Program-made: the position numbers and the translations under genes
The notes under the pieces: generated by a model
The model's database searches: none
What the model was told of the DNA's origin: nothing
What the model saw: only the letters and a program-made list of their open reading frames with translations
From: Desulfovibrionaceae bacterium
GTDB lineage: Bacteria; Desulfobacterota; Desulfovibrionia; Desulfovibrionales; Desulfovibrionaceae
Length of the DNA stretch: 47,096 nt
NCBI GenBank assembly: GCA_031547425.1
Contig: JAVBRZ010000011.1
Span: forward strand, 1 to 47,096
Direction: 5' to 3'
Shown here: positions 9,034-17,524 of the stretch, piece by piece
Position numbering within the stretch: position 1 is the first letter of the stretch
How the letters are laid out: each line of letters begins with the position of its first letter

Positions 9034-10442
9034 TATTCAGCCATGCCTGCCAGGATGCGCTTTTTCTTCCAGCGGCCGCTCTTGAAGCGCACACCGCTAA
9101 ACACGGCCAACATGATGATATACAAAGAAAAAACCACCCACAAAGCGGGCAGGCTGGCGGGGAACAAGCGCAGGGAGAGTGTTGAGCCCAATACCAGGCA
9201 CAGCGCGCCAAAGGCCACGCTGAACATCACAAACCAGACATCTCCGGCCCCTTTGAGGCAACCGTAGTACACCAGGGTAAAGGCATCCGCGATATAATAC
9301 ACGGCCAAAAAGTACAGAATCACCTGGCCTTCCGCCTTGATGCGCGAGAATTCCAGCCAGGTCATGCCCTCGGGCCGGAACAGGTCCATAAGCGCCCCCG
9401 GCGCGGCCACAAATAAAAGAGCCATGCATCCCATATACACAATGGCCAGATGCAGGGCGCTGCCCGTGACCCGCGCGGCCGCCGCCGTATCCTTGCGCCC
9501 CATGGCCTGCCCCACCAGAGAGCTGGCAGCCACGTGCAGCCCCAAGCAGGGCAGAAAGCCCAGGGAACTGATGGAGCTGATCATATTGCTCACGGCCAGC
9601 TGAGTGGCGCCCAGGCTGCCGACCATAAAAATGAACAAGGTATAACCCACGAACTCCAAAAAATATTCTATGCCGCCGGCAATGCCGTAGCGCAAAATGC
9701 GCCGCAGCAGGGAGACGTCAATGCCCCGTGCGCTCCAAACCTTGTATCTGGCTTCATGCTTAGGCCGAAAAACCATGAAGATGATTACAGCGCAACCGGC
9801 TATCCAGCCCAAGACCGTGGCAATGGCCGCTCCGGCGATGCCCATGACCGGAAAGCCCAATTTTCCGAAAATCAAAACATAATCCATGGGAATATTGACC
9901 AAAGCCGCGACGATGTTGGCCACCATCACCGGCCTGGTCCGCCCCCGGCCGGAAAAAAAACAGCTCAGGCTGGCCGTGATCAGGGGAAGGCCTCCGCCCA
10001 GGCACATAATACGGAAGTACTCCGCTTCCATGGCTTGAATATGAGGCTCGTGCCCGGCCAGGGCAAACAGCGCTTCTGAAAAGAAGGAGAGGGTGATGAA
10101 CACCAATGCGCCCGCGAAACTAATGTGCAGGGACTGCCACAGCACTCTACCCACTTTTTCCGGCATCTGCGCTCCGATAAACTGGGCAATGAACACCCCG
10201 GCATATTCGGCAATGCCCATAAGCGTCAGCAAAATCACCAAGAAAGGCATGCCCGCGGGCACGGCCGCGGCAATGGCGTCCAGGGAATAGTGGCTCAAAA
10301 ACAAGCGGTCGGTAAATTGCATGATGGTGGAAGAAGCCATGCTGGCCACCAGCGGCAAGCCGACCTTAAGCACCACTTTATAGCCGCTGGGCTCATCCCA
10401 GCGTTTGGCGAGGTTACCGGACACAGCGGATAAAAAAGACAT
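9033..10442 (-). CDS. MATE-family multidrug/sodium efflux transporter
   Basis: The 469-aa product has 12 predicted TM helices. The N-terminus, KVGLPLVASMASSTIMQFTDRLFLSHYS, is typical of NorM/MatE proteins. Confidence 0.9.
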   Translation of the reverse strand: MSFLSAVSGNLAKRWDEPSGYKVVLKVGLPLVASMASSTIMQFTDRLFLSHYSLDAIAAAVPAGMPFLVILLTLMGIAEYAGVFIAQFIGAQMPEKVGRVLWQSLHISFAGALVFITLSFFSEALFALAGHEPHIQAMEAEYFRIMCLGGGLPLITASLSCFFSGRGRTRPVMVANIVAALVNIPMDYVLIFGKLGFPVMGIAGAAIATVLGWIAGCAVIIFMVFRPKHEARYKVWSARGIDVSLLRRILRYGIAGGIEYFLEFVGYTLFIFMVGSLGATQLAVSNMISSISSLGFLPCLGLHVAASSLVGQAMGRKDTAAAARVTGSALHLAIVYMGCMALLFVAAPGALMDLFRPEGMTWLEFSRIKAEGQVILYFLAVYYIADAFTLVYYGCLKGAGDVWFVMFSVAFGALCLVLGSTLSLRLFPASLPALWVVFSLYIIMLAVFSGVRFKSGRWKKKRILAGMAE

Positions 10443-10617
10443 ATGCTCCTGCGACTCTGATATTTTATATTCCGGGCAAGTCTGCTCTTAAGTTAAGCTC
10501 TCGGCGGCGTTTAGCAACAAGCCGCGCCGCGCCCGGGGGCACGGGGAAAAATCGGGCTTTCGGGCGGTAATGACTTTTCTTTTGCGCCGCCTTGGCCTAA
10601 GTTAAATTGCTCATTAA

Positions 10618-10646
10618 TTCACAAACTTGCAAACCGTCACTATACT
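10618..10646 (+). promoter_or_regulatory. Sigma-70-like promoter candidate upstream of the 10740 CDS
   Basis: TTCACA-17 nt-TATACT lies in an AT-rich spacer ~95 nt upstream of the ATG. Confidence 0.3.
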
Positions 10647-10739
10647 TTGACAGGGCATAAACGGCTAGTGCCCGCTTTAAATTTTAATTAAAACAAGATA
10701 AGCTTTATCTAAACTGCCAATACGGAACAGGGAGCCGCC

Positions 10740-13139
10740 ATGCGGGATAACACGCCTGATCAGCCCACGCCGGAACAGGAACAAAATAAAGAGCAAACGA
10801 GCCAGAAGACGGAGCATCCGCCGTTGCAGACCCCGGACAGCGAAACGTCCTCCGCCCGGCCTGATGCGCTGTCGCCCCCCGCGCCGGACAAACAGGAAAC
10901 CCCGGCCAGGCACGCCCCTGATGCCGGCCTGCGGCGGGACCAGGAAATTCTGCACGCCAAGGAGCCGGCGGGAAATGACGCGCGGCCTTCCCAAGCTGAA
11001 ATAGCGCCTGAAGACGAAACGCCTTTGTCCATGCAGCCTGAAGCCAGACCCACGCGACCCGAATCCCCATGGCCGCAAAAAGCCGCCGAGGACGGAGGGG
11101 AACAAGAATCCGCGCCTGAGGTTGAGCCTGGCCACACGTCTGAACAAACGCCGGAGCAAAAACCGGAATCCGTCCCGACAACTGAAAGCATCCCCGCGCC
11201 CTCCAAATGCTTTGGCGTCTTGAGCTGGATCACGCCCTTGCTCCTGGCCGTGCTGGCTCTCGCTCTTTTCGCGCCCCTGGCTTACAACAGCAAAATTACG
11301 GGATTGGAACCAAAGCCCAACGCCCAGCCGCAGTTGGCCGCCGCCATTGAAACAGCCGAACAGGGCGGGGATCTCAGCTTCTGGTTCATTCCGCATGTGG
11401 CCGGCCAGCCAGCCCCGGAAGTGCCGCCTCTGCAACTATGGTGGGGCGCGGCCGCCAATGCGCTGAGCCCACGCCTTTCAGATCTTGCCGGCGCCTGGAT
11501 CGGCGGCTGGGCGGCTCCGCTGGCCCTAGCCTGGCTATTTCTCATGGCCGCGGCTTCCTTGGGCTGGACCGATTCACGCTTTGGCCGCCGGGCCGGACTG
11601 GCCGCCGGTCTGGCCGCCTTTTGCGGACCTCTTTTTATGGCCGCCGCCTGGCTGGCCCCCAACCTGCTGCTGGCTCCCGCCCTAAGCGGGCTGGGCGCGG
11701 CTTGCATTTTACGCGGCTTGAAAAAAACCACTTTCAGCCTGAGCGTTTTTCTGGGCTGCGTGCTGGCGGCCCTGGCGGGCCTGGCCGGCGGGTTGATTCC
11801 GGCGGTTCTGCCTCTGGCCGCCGCCCTCATCGCCATTGTCGGCACACTTAATTTCCGGCGCCTGGGCGAATGGGATCTGGTCTTCGGCCTGGGGCTGGCG
11901 GTCTTGATTCTCGGCGGCTGGCTCACGGGCGGGCTTCTGTTCGCGGGATCGGCCGCGCTGCGCGCTTACCTGGCCGGCCCGCTCCTGCTCAGCGGAGGAG
12001 GAAGCCCTCTGCCGGCCATGCCCTGGACTTGTTTTGCGGTTTTAACTCTTGCCGTGCTGCTGCCCTGGCCGGCCCTGCCCCTGTGCCTGCCGGCGCGCAG
12101 CGGCAAAGCCTTGCTGGCGGGCGTAAAAGACTGGAAAAACAGGCTGGGATTCACTGAGCCGCTGTTCCTGGCCGGGATGCTGGCCACCGGGCTGACCGGC
12201 CTTATGCTGGCCAACCCCGACCTGGTTTTACTCCTGCTTTTGCCGGCGGGCCTGGCCGCCCTGGCGGCCCGCAGCCTCACCAACCTGACCGCAAAGCAAA
12301 ACCGGCGCTGGGGCTCGTTCTGCGCCCTATATCTCCTGGCGCTGGCCTTGGCTTTTGCCTGGCTCCTTCTGGACAGCGGCCGCGAATTTTTCAACGCCCA
12401 ACTGGGCATTGCCGCCAATATTTCCTTTGACGTCAAGACTTGGCTGGCGCCGGGCGCGGCCGCGCTCATCGGCGCTCTGACCATGTGGTTTTTCGGCCGG
12501 GGCAAATCCTCGCAAAACGGCTTGTTGGTCTTCGCCTTTGCCCTGCTCCTGGTGAGCCAGTCCTTTGCCTGGCTCAGCCTGCCGGCTCTTGAGCCCTATT
12601 TGAGGACCACCCGGGCCCAGCCCGAGCTTCCAGTGCTGGATATTGTCTTGCCCGAACAAAATATCGGACCTGACGGGCCACGCCTGCATCTTCCCATGCC
12701 GCCCGGCCCCGACGCAATCATGCCTCCCGCGACAGCCGCGTACAACGCCACGCAAAATACGCCGCCCCAACTCGATATTCTGGGCGCGCCCATGCCGGCG
12801 CGGCATAATGCCACCAGCCCGCATACGCTCCCGGCCATAATCATGCCCATAACCAGCAACGCCACAAGCCCCGCTCCGGACAGCGGCCTGATTAACGGCC
12901 AAGCTTCCCCGCCGCCTCTGGCGCAAAACGCCACCGCGCCGACGCCCGAAGCCGGAAACGCCCTGTACGGCGACGATCTGCCCACGCTGGAGGCTCCCGC
13001 CGGGCCGGCGGCACCCTACCAACCAGGGCTGCATACTCAGGCCAAAGAGCCGCCGCTGCCTGTTCTGGACACTCCCCCGGCCCCGCCGGCGCCAGGAGCT
13101 CCGCTGGTTGATCCGTATCCACCCGGAAATGCGAACTAG
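10740..13139 (+). CDS. Large polytopic membrane protein, possibly a GT-C-fold (ArnT/PMT-like) glycosyltransferase, with disordered N- and C-terminal tails
   Basis: The 799-aa product has a ~150-aa acidic, Pro-rich N-terminus and more than 10 hydrophobic helices. A PPLQLWW loop resembles the KPPL..W loop of family 39/83 glycosyltransferases. The Pro-rich C-terminal tail has four N-A-T sequons. The CDS is solid; the function is tentative. Confidence 0.55.
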   Translation: MRDNTPDQPTPEQEQNKEQTSQKTEHPPLQTPDSETSSARPDALSPPAPDKQETPARHAPDAGLRRDQEILHAKEPAGNDARPSQAEIAPEDETPLSMQPEARPTRPESPWPQKAAEDGGEQESAPEVEPGHTSEQTPEQKPESVPTTESIPAPSKCFGVLSWITPLLLAVLALALFAPLAYNSKITGLEPKPNAQPQLAAAIETAEQGGDLSFWFIPHVAGQPAPEVPPLQLWWGAAANALSPRLSDLAGAWIGGWAAPLALAWLFLMAAASLGWTDSRFGRRAGLAAGLAAFCGPLFMAAAWLAPNLLLAPALSGLGAACILRGLKKTTFSLSVFLGCVLAALAGLAGGLIPAVLPLAAALIAIVGTLNFRRLGEWDLVFGLGLAVLILGGWLTGGLLFAGSAALRAYLAGPLLLSGGGSPLPAMPWTCFAVLTLAVLLPWPALPLCLPARSGKALLAGVKDWKNRLGFTEPLFLAGMLATGLTGLMLANPDLVLLLLLPAGLAALAARSLTNLTAKQNRRWGSFCALYLLALALAFAWLLLDSGREFFNAQLGIAANISFDVKTWLAPGAAALIGALTMWFFGRGKSSQNGLLVFAFALLLVSQSFAWLSLPALEPYLRTTRAQPELPVLDIVLPEQNIGPDGPRLHLPMPPGPDAIMPPATAAYNATQNTPPQLDILGAPMPARHNATSPHTLPAIIMPITSNATSPAPDSGLINGQASPPPLAQNATAPTPEAGNALYGDDLPTLEAPAGPAAPYQPGLHTQAKEPPLPVLDTPPAPPAPGAPLVDPYPPGNAN

Positions 13140-13142
13140 ATG

Positions 13143-13336
13143 TAGAGTATTTTAACTTTGAAATGTTACACCCTCTGCAGCATTTAAAAGACAAAAAACA
13201 CAGCCTTTTATCATACACGTTCAGGCCGAAGCGGCCTGAACCAAAGACACGCTGCGCTGCTCGCTTGCGGGCGTCTGTCGGCGCATCCGCCAGAGCCTTT
13301 TTCCTTAATATATAATTTGAATATTAAAATGCTCTA
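13143..13336. mobile_element. MITE-like element, family A, copy 2 (194 bp)
   Basis: It has the same length and architecture as 8781-8974 and is ~93% identical by hand alignment. It starts 3 nt after the stop of the 10740-13139 CDS. Confidence 0.7.
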
Positions 13337-13500
13337 AAATCTCTTGTAATCGAGCTTTTTGAGCGGCGCAAAGCCTTGCGGCAAAGGGCCGTGAAAGCGT
13401 AGCCGAGCTGCAAAATTGTCGCCTGCGCACTTCTCGCTGGCGGCATTGCGCTTCGTTGCATCTGGCCAGAGCAAACCAACTTTTTTAAAGTTAATTTGCC

Positions 13501-14673
13501 CTAGCTTTGGGCAAAGGCCACGAACCAGGCCAAGACCACGATAACCAGCGCTATGGCGCCCAGGATGCGATCAATTTCAGGCGAAGGGTGCAGTTTGCGT
13601 TTGAATAAAAAACCCGCGCCCGCGCCCAGGGGCAAACCGCAGAACATGCCGGTGAAGTGCGCGCCCAGGTCGGTGTTTTCGCCTTCGCTGCCCAAAAAAG
13701 CAAGCCAGGCCAAAGCCGCTGCCAGGGGCAGGACAATGCGCCGCCAGCCGCGCTGTTCCGTGGAAAAAAAAGTAAAACCGCAAAGCACGCCCATGGCCCC
13801 CAAGAGCGCCGTGGACGCGCCGATGCTGAGATGCGGCCCGCCGCGCAACACCGTGATAAGGGCATTGCCCAGAATTCCTGACAGCAGGATCAGGAGCCAG
13901 CCGAGGCCGGCTCCGGTCTGACGGCACAAGACCACGGCCACCAGGCCCCCGAAAAATAAGTTGCCGAACAAATGACCACTGTCGGCGTGCAGGGTCAGGG
14001 CGGTGATCACGCGGTACCATTCATGGTCAAAAAGCACCCGTCCGGCATCAAGACCGCCCAGGCGCACCCATTCTTCGGGAGTCAACGGGTGCCATTTGAA
14101 CCAGCCGGTGTACAAGCCGAAAAACACGGCCAGGGCCAGCAGCACGGCCAGGGAAACCTGGCTGTTTTCATACTTGGGCATGGGGCGGGGTTTGGGTTTG
14201 TTCAAATCCTCCCGCAAGTAGGCGCAAAGCTCTTCCTCGGCCCGCTGCGCGTGCATGACCGGCACATAAAGATAAAAATTATCGCTCTGCCGGATAAGAC
14301 GATGGGGAATATTCAAGGCGCTCAATACCAGCACCCATTGCCCCACCAGACTGAAGTTGGGGCGCAACCCCAAACCGCAAGTGGCCGTGGCCCCCACTTC
14401 CTGCCAAAAAGCCGGGTGCGGCGGGGTTAAAGATAAACCGGCCTTGGGACGGGAGGCCTCCGGCGCCTCAGCCCCTTTATCCGGCCTGCGACCCGGCCCC
14501 TGCGTAAAGCCGCGCCCGGGAGAGCCTCCTCCCAAAGCCGCCCCCGGAGGACGGCCTGAGACGGTAGGCCCCGGCGCGGCCGCACCGGAAGAGGAAACGG
14601 GGGGCCTCTCCTTTTGGGCCATGCTGCGGGCGGACTGGGCGGCCTGGGTGGAACCGCGAAAAAAACGGGTCAT
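13501..14673 (-). CDS. Rhomboid-family intramembrane serine protease with a long Gly/Pro-rich N-terminal extension
   Basis: EWYRVITALTLHADSGHLFGNLFF (the H..xN region) and GASTALLGAMG (GxSx catalytic serine motif) are present, with 6 or more TM helices. Its ATG overlaps the fxsA stop (ATGA). Confidence 0.85.
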   Translation of the reverse strand: MTRFFRGSTQAAQSARSMAQKERPPVSSSGAAAPGPTVSGRPPGAALGGGSPGRGFTQGPGRRPDKGAEAPEASRPKAGLSLTPPHPAFWQEVGATATCGLGLRPNFSLVGQWVLVLSALNIPHRLIRQSDNFYLYVPVMHAQRAEEELCAYLREDLNKPKPRPMPKYENSQVSLAVLLALAVFFGLYTGWFKWHPLTPEEWVRLGGLDAGRVLFDHEWYRVITALTLHADSGHLFGNLFFGGLVAVVLCRQTGAGLGWLLILLSGILGNALITVLRGGPHLSIGASTALLGAMGVLCGFTFFSTEQRGWRRIVLPLAAALAWLAFLGSEGENTDLGAHFTGMFCGLPLGAGAGFLFKRKLHPSPEIDRILGAIALVIVVLAWFVAFAQS

Positions 14674-15209
14674 GCGCCCGGACCTTTATCTTTATCCGAG
14701 GAACCAGGAGCGGACGCGGCTCCGGCACGGAAGCCCGCGTCAGGCGCCTGGCGGGCGGTCACGTCAATGACTCCGGCGCGGCCGCCGGGCCGGTCTCCCG
14801 GTTCACGCCATTCGCAATCATATACCGTGTAAGTTTTGATGTAGCGGCCGCGCTCCACCCGCGACTTAAGATAGGTCAGCAGCCAGGGGCCCAGGATCTT
14901 GCGCAGGGGGGGAATGAGCAGCACTATTCCGGCCAGGTCGGTTAAAAAACCGGGCAAAAACAAAAGCAGCCCGGCCGCGAAAATAAAGACTCCGTCCAAA
15001 AGTTCCGCATCGGGCGATTCATTGCGGGCCAGAGCCCCTTGAATGCGCACCAGGGCCTGAGCTCCCTGGCGGCGTACAAGATACGCCCCGCCCATGCTCA
15101 CCGCAAAAATAAGCGCCAGCGCCGCCAACCAGCCTATCCGCCCGGCCACGAACACCAAAGCCGAGCCTTCAGCGGTCAGGTATATGACTAAAAATACAAA
15201 AAAATACAT
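14670..15209 (-). CDS. fxsA: FxsA-family inner-membrane protein
   Basis: MYFFVFLVIYLTAEGSALVFVAGRIGWLAALALI...LPGFLTDLAGIVLLIPPLR is the UPF0716/FxsA signature. Confidence 0.85.
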   Translation of the reverse strand: MYFFVFLVIYLTAEGSALVFVAGRIGWLAALALIFAVSMGGAYLVRRQGAQALVRIQGALARNESPDAELLDGVFIFAAGLLLFLPGFLTDLAGIVLLIPPLRKILGPWLLTYLKSRVERGRYIKTYTVYDCEWREPGDRPGGRAGVIDVTARQAPDAGFRAGAASAPGSSDKDKGPGA

Positions 15210-15567
15210 GTTCGCTCCCTGCCGGAGTATGTCAACGCCACACTCGGCGCATTCAAATTAACCCCTGCGCGCCAGCTTGGCAATCGCCATACCCAAAACG
15301 TTTCCCTATGGAAAAGCCTTATGTTGAGCTCAATATTCCTCATGGATCAAACGCTTACAAAAAATCTAGATTTTTACTTGAATTTTTGTACGCTTCACGT
15401 TAAGCTGTTTTTATATGTTTTATTGCAATTAGTCCGTAATCGGGAGACTGCCGAAAGGATAAACAGCAATACGAGCAAATTCGGTAAACGTATAACCAGG
15501 CGGCCTTTGAAAGAGGCAATGTATTTTTTGTCCACGCAAAACCGCCGGGCATCCTCAGGACCAGCGC

Positions 15568-15990
15568 ATGCCACAAGTCGCAGCTCGCATTTCCAACGAC
15601 CAGGAAAAATGGCTTAAGGATTATTTCCGCACTAAAAGCGCAGGCGCGGAATTCATCCTCCCTTGGGCTGTGGATACCTTTTTCAGAGCCATCCACAGCA
15701 TTAAATCCACTTTTTCCGCCGCGGAACTCATGACCATAGTCGAAGCCCACCGCGACGTGCGTGTCCTGCCTGAAAACACCAGGCTGTCCTACCTTATTCT
15801 GCGGGTCATGGACGCTTGCGATATGGACATGATCCACACCAGGCACGGCGCCGGCAAAGCCGCCCTGGAAGCGAAACTGCGCCGCCTGGATGACACCCAG
15901 GCCACGGCCCTGATGATCTGGGCCGCTGCTTTCTGGGTAAGCCGCAGTTGTGATGCGGAAAGCCTGGAAGAGTATATCAAACAGTATTAG
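15568..15990 (+). CDS. Hypothetical protein (140 aa), possibly with a ribbon-helix-helix-like N-terminus
   Basis: The ORF shows coding-like composition. An AGGA lies 7 nt before the ATG. The N-terminus MPQVAARISNDQEKWLKDYF resembles an RHH beta-strand plus helix. No family was recognised. It is preceded by a ~350-bp AT-rich spacer containing TTGAAT-17-TAAGCT. Confidence 0.55.
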   Translation: MPQVAARISNDQEKWLKDYFRTKSAGAEFILPWAVDTFFRAIHSIKSTFSAAELMTIVEAHRDVRVLPENTRLSYLILRVMDACDMDMIHTRHGAGKAALEAKLRRLDDTQATALMIWAAAFWVSRSCDAESLEEYIKQY

Positions 15991-16390
15991 CGCAAACAAC
16001 GCGCTGGGCGTTATCCCGCGCGCTTTATTTTTTCCGCTGGCCGCGGGCGCGCCGGCAAAACCTTACCTACCAAGCAGTCTTATAAAAGCTCCAACCCGCC
16101 TGGATTTTGAGGCTTATTGTTTCTTCCGGGCCATGGAAAAGCCGCTTAAACAGCGGCGTTTTCCATGTAGCGTTCAACGCTTGAGAAAGGCGCTTGACGG
16201 CGAAAACAAGTTGACCCGCAGCGCGGCCTGCGCCTTGCATTCAGGGTATCGCCAAGGGCAATATGTGCAATTTTGCCATCCCGCAAAAATGCCCCCCGCG
16301 CCCTTCTCCTGGGCGATATTGCGCCTCGCTGTAGTCCGCCAAAGATTTCCCCCAAAAACCGCGCAAAAATTAAAAAACTTTACACAAATA

Positions 16391-16419
16391 AAGCGGCGCT
16401 CTTGAAAAGAGCGCCGCTT
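16391..16419 (-). terminator. Intrinsic terminator downstream of lpxC
   Basis: agcggcgctc-ttgaaaa-gagcgccgct is followed on the minus strand by TTTATTT. It lies 23 nt after the lpxC stop. Confidence 0.6.
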
Positions 16420-16441
16420 TGCATCAGTTTTTTAATAAAAA

Positions 16442-17380
16442 TTAAGCGGTGGCGGAAGCACCGTGTAGTAAGCCCGCTGCCGCGGATTCGCGCTCGGGGC
16501 GCTGAGCCGGGGTGCAGGGCGCGGCGCCGAGTTCCACCTCTTCCAGGTAGTAGGCGCGATTCTCATCCAACGTGCGTAAAAACGCGTTGTTCACGCCATG
16601 CCCGGAGCAATAAATCTCGAAATGCCCCTGCAGCGGCAAGCCCAAAAGGGCCATGTCGCCGATGAAGTCCAGCATCTTGTGGCGCACGAATTCATCCTGG
16701 AAACGCAGGCCGTCTTCATTGAGCACCGCATAATCATCCAGGACCACGGCATTGTCCAGGGAGCCGCCCAAAGTCAGGCCGTTCTTGCGCAAATATTCGA
16801 TATCGCGCAGGAAGCCAAACGTGCGCGCTTTGGCCAACTCATCCTTAAAAGTTTCCGGCGTCACTTCAAGCTCAAAAGTCTGTACGCCGATAAGCGGATG
16901 CGCGAAGTCAATGGTGTATTCAATGCGCAGGCCATTGTAAGGCTTGGCTTTAATCCATTTGCCATCCTGCTCGTAAGTGACGGGGTGAGCCACCCTGGCC
17001 ACACGGCGGGGAGCGCTCTGCCGCACGAGACCGGAATTGCGGATAAGCATAACAAAAGAGGCCGCGCTGCCGTCCATAATCGGAACTTCGCCGCCTTCAA
17101 TTTCAACAATGATGTTGTCCACTTCCAGGCCGCGCAGAGCGGCCAGCAAATGCTCGACAGTGGCCGCGGACGCGCCGGGCACGCCTAATGTGGTGGCGAG
17201 GCCCGTCCCCACGGCGGATTGCGGCGTGGGTTCCACACGATGCACCCCGGCCGGGCCGTGGATGTCAAAAACTATGCCGGTGTCTTCCGCAGCGGGGTAC
17301 AAAGTCAGTTTAACCAGTTTGCCGCTGTGCAAGCCCACGCCGGAACAGGATACTTTTCGCTTTATGGTGGTCTGTTTCAT
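16442..17380 (-). CDS. lpxC: UDP-3-O-acyl-N-acetylglucosamine deacetylase
   Basis: MKQTTIKRKVSCSGVGLHSGK.V.L.L.PA...GIVF, TVEHLLAAL.GL.VDN, EVPIMDGSA and FVRHK.LD.IGD motifs are present. The start is set at ATG 17380, preceded by GGAGATCAGGAGAAAAAA. The listed ORF extends spuriously to 17512. Confidence 0.93.
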   Translation of the reverse strand: MKQTTIKRKVSCSGVGLHSGKLVKLTLYPAAEDTGIVFDIHGPAGVHRVEPTPQSAVGTGLATTLGVPGASAATVEHLLAALRGLEVDNIIVEIEGGEVPIMDGSAASFVMLIRNSGLVRQSAPRRVARVAHPVTYEQDGKWIKAKPYNGLRIEYTIDFAHPLIGVQTFELEVTPETFKDELAKARTFGFLRDIEYLRKNGLTLGGSLDNAVVLDDYAVLNEDGLRFQDEFVRHKMLDFIGDMALLGLPLQGHFEIYCSGHGVNNAFLRTLDENRAYYLEEVELGAAPCTPAQRPERESAAAGLLHGASATA

Positions 17381-17524
17381 TTTTTTCTCCTGATCTCCAA
17401 ATTCCATAAAAGCAAAAGCCATGCCATACCCCTTGAAATGCAACAGTCTGATATAATTAATATTTTTAAAAAAGAAGATTATGAAAAAATGCAAGCGTGG
17501 TGTGTTTTTCACACATTGTGTGCT

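Noticed and set aside
8781-13336. Diversity-generating retroelement (template/variable repeat pair) as an explanation for the two 194-bp copies
   Set aside because: Only 7 of 14 mismatches involve an A in copy 1, and the other 7 are at C/G/T positions. Both copies lie outside coding sequence, after stop codons. No reverse transcriptase is nearby.
15950-16405. 151-aa plus-strand ORF and other ORFs in the 450-bp spacer between the 15568 gene and lpxC
   Set aside because: The composition is implausible (Arg/Ala/Pro/Lys-rich) and there is no RBS. The region is better explained by hairpins (for example catggaaaagccgc/gcggcgttttccatg at ~16130-16168) and the lpxC terminator.
16442-17512. Long N-terminal extensions in the ORF track for lpxC (to 17512), pgpA (36395-37210), the TIM-barrel gene (to 36084), hisI (to 24625), rsmI (from 2481) and prfA (to 19723)
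   Set aside because: The conserved protein families start at internal ATGs that have good Shine-Dalgarno sequences. The extensions are AT-rich or Arg-rich nonsense, or they overlap neighbouring genes (maf).
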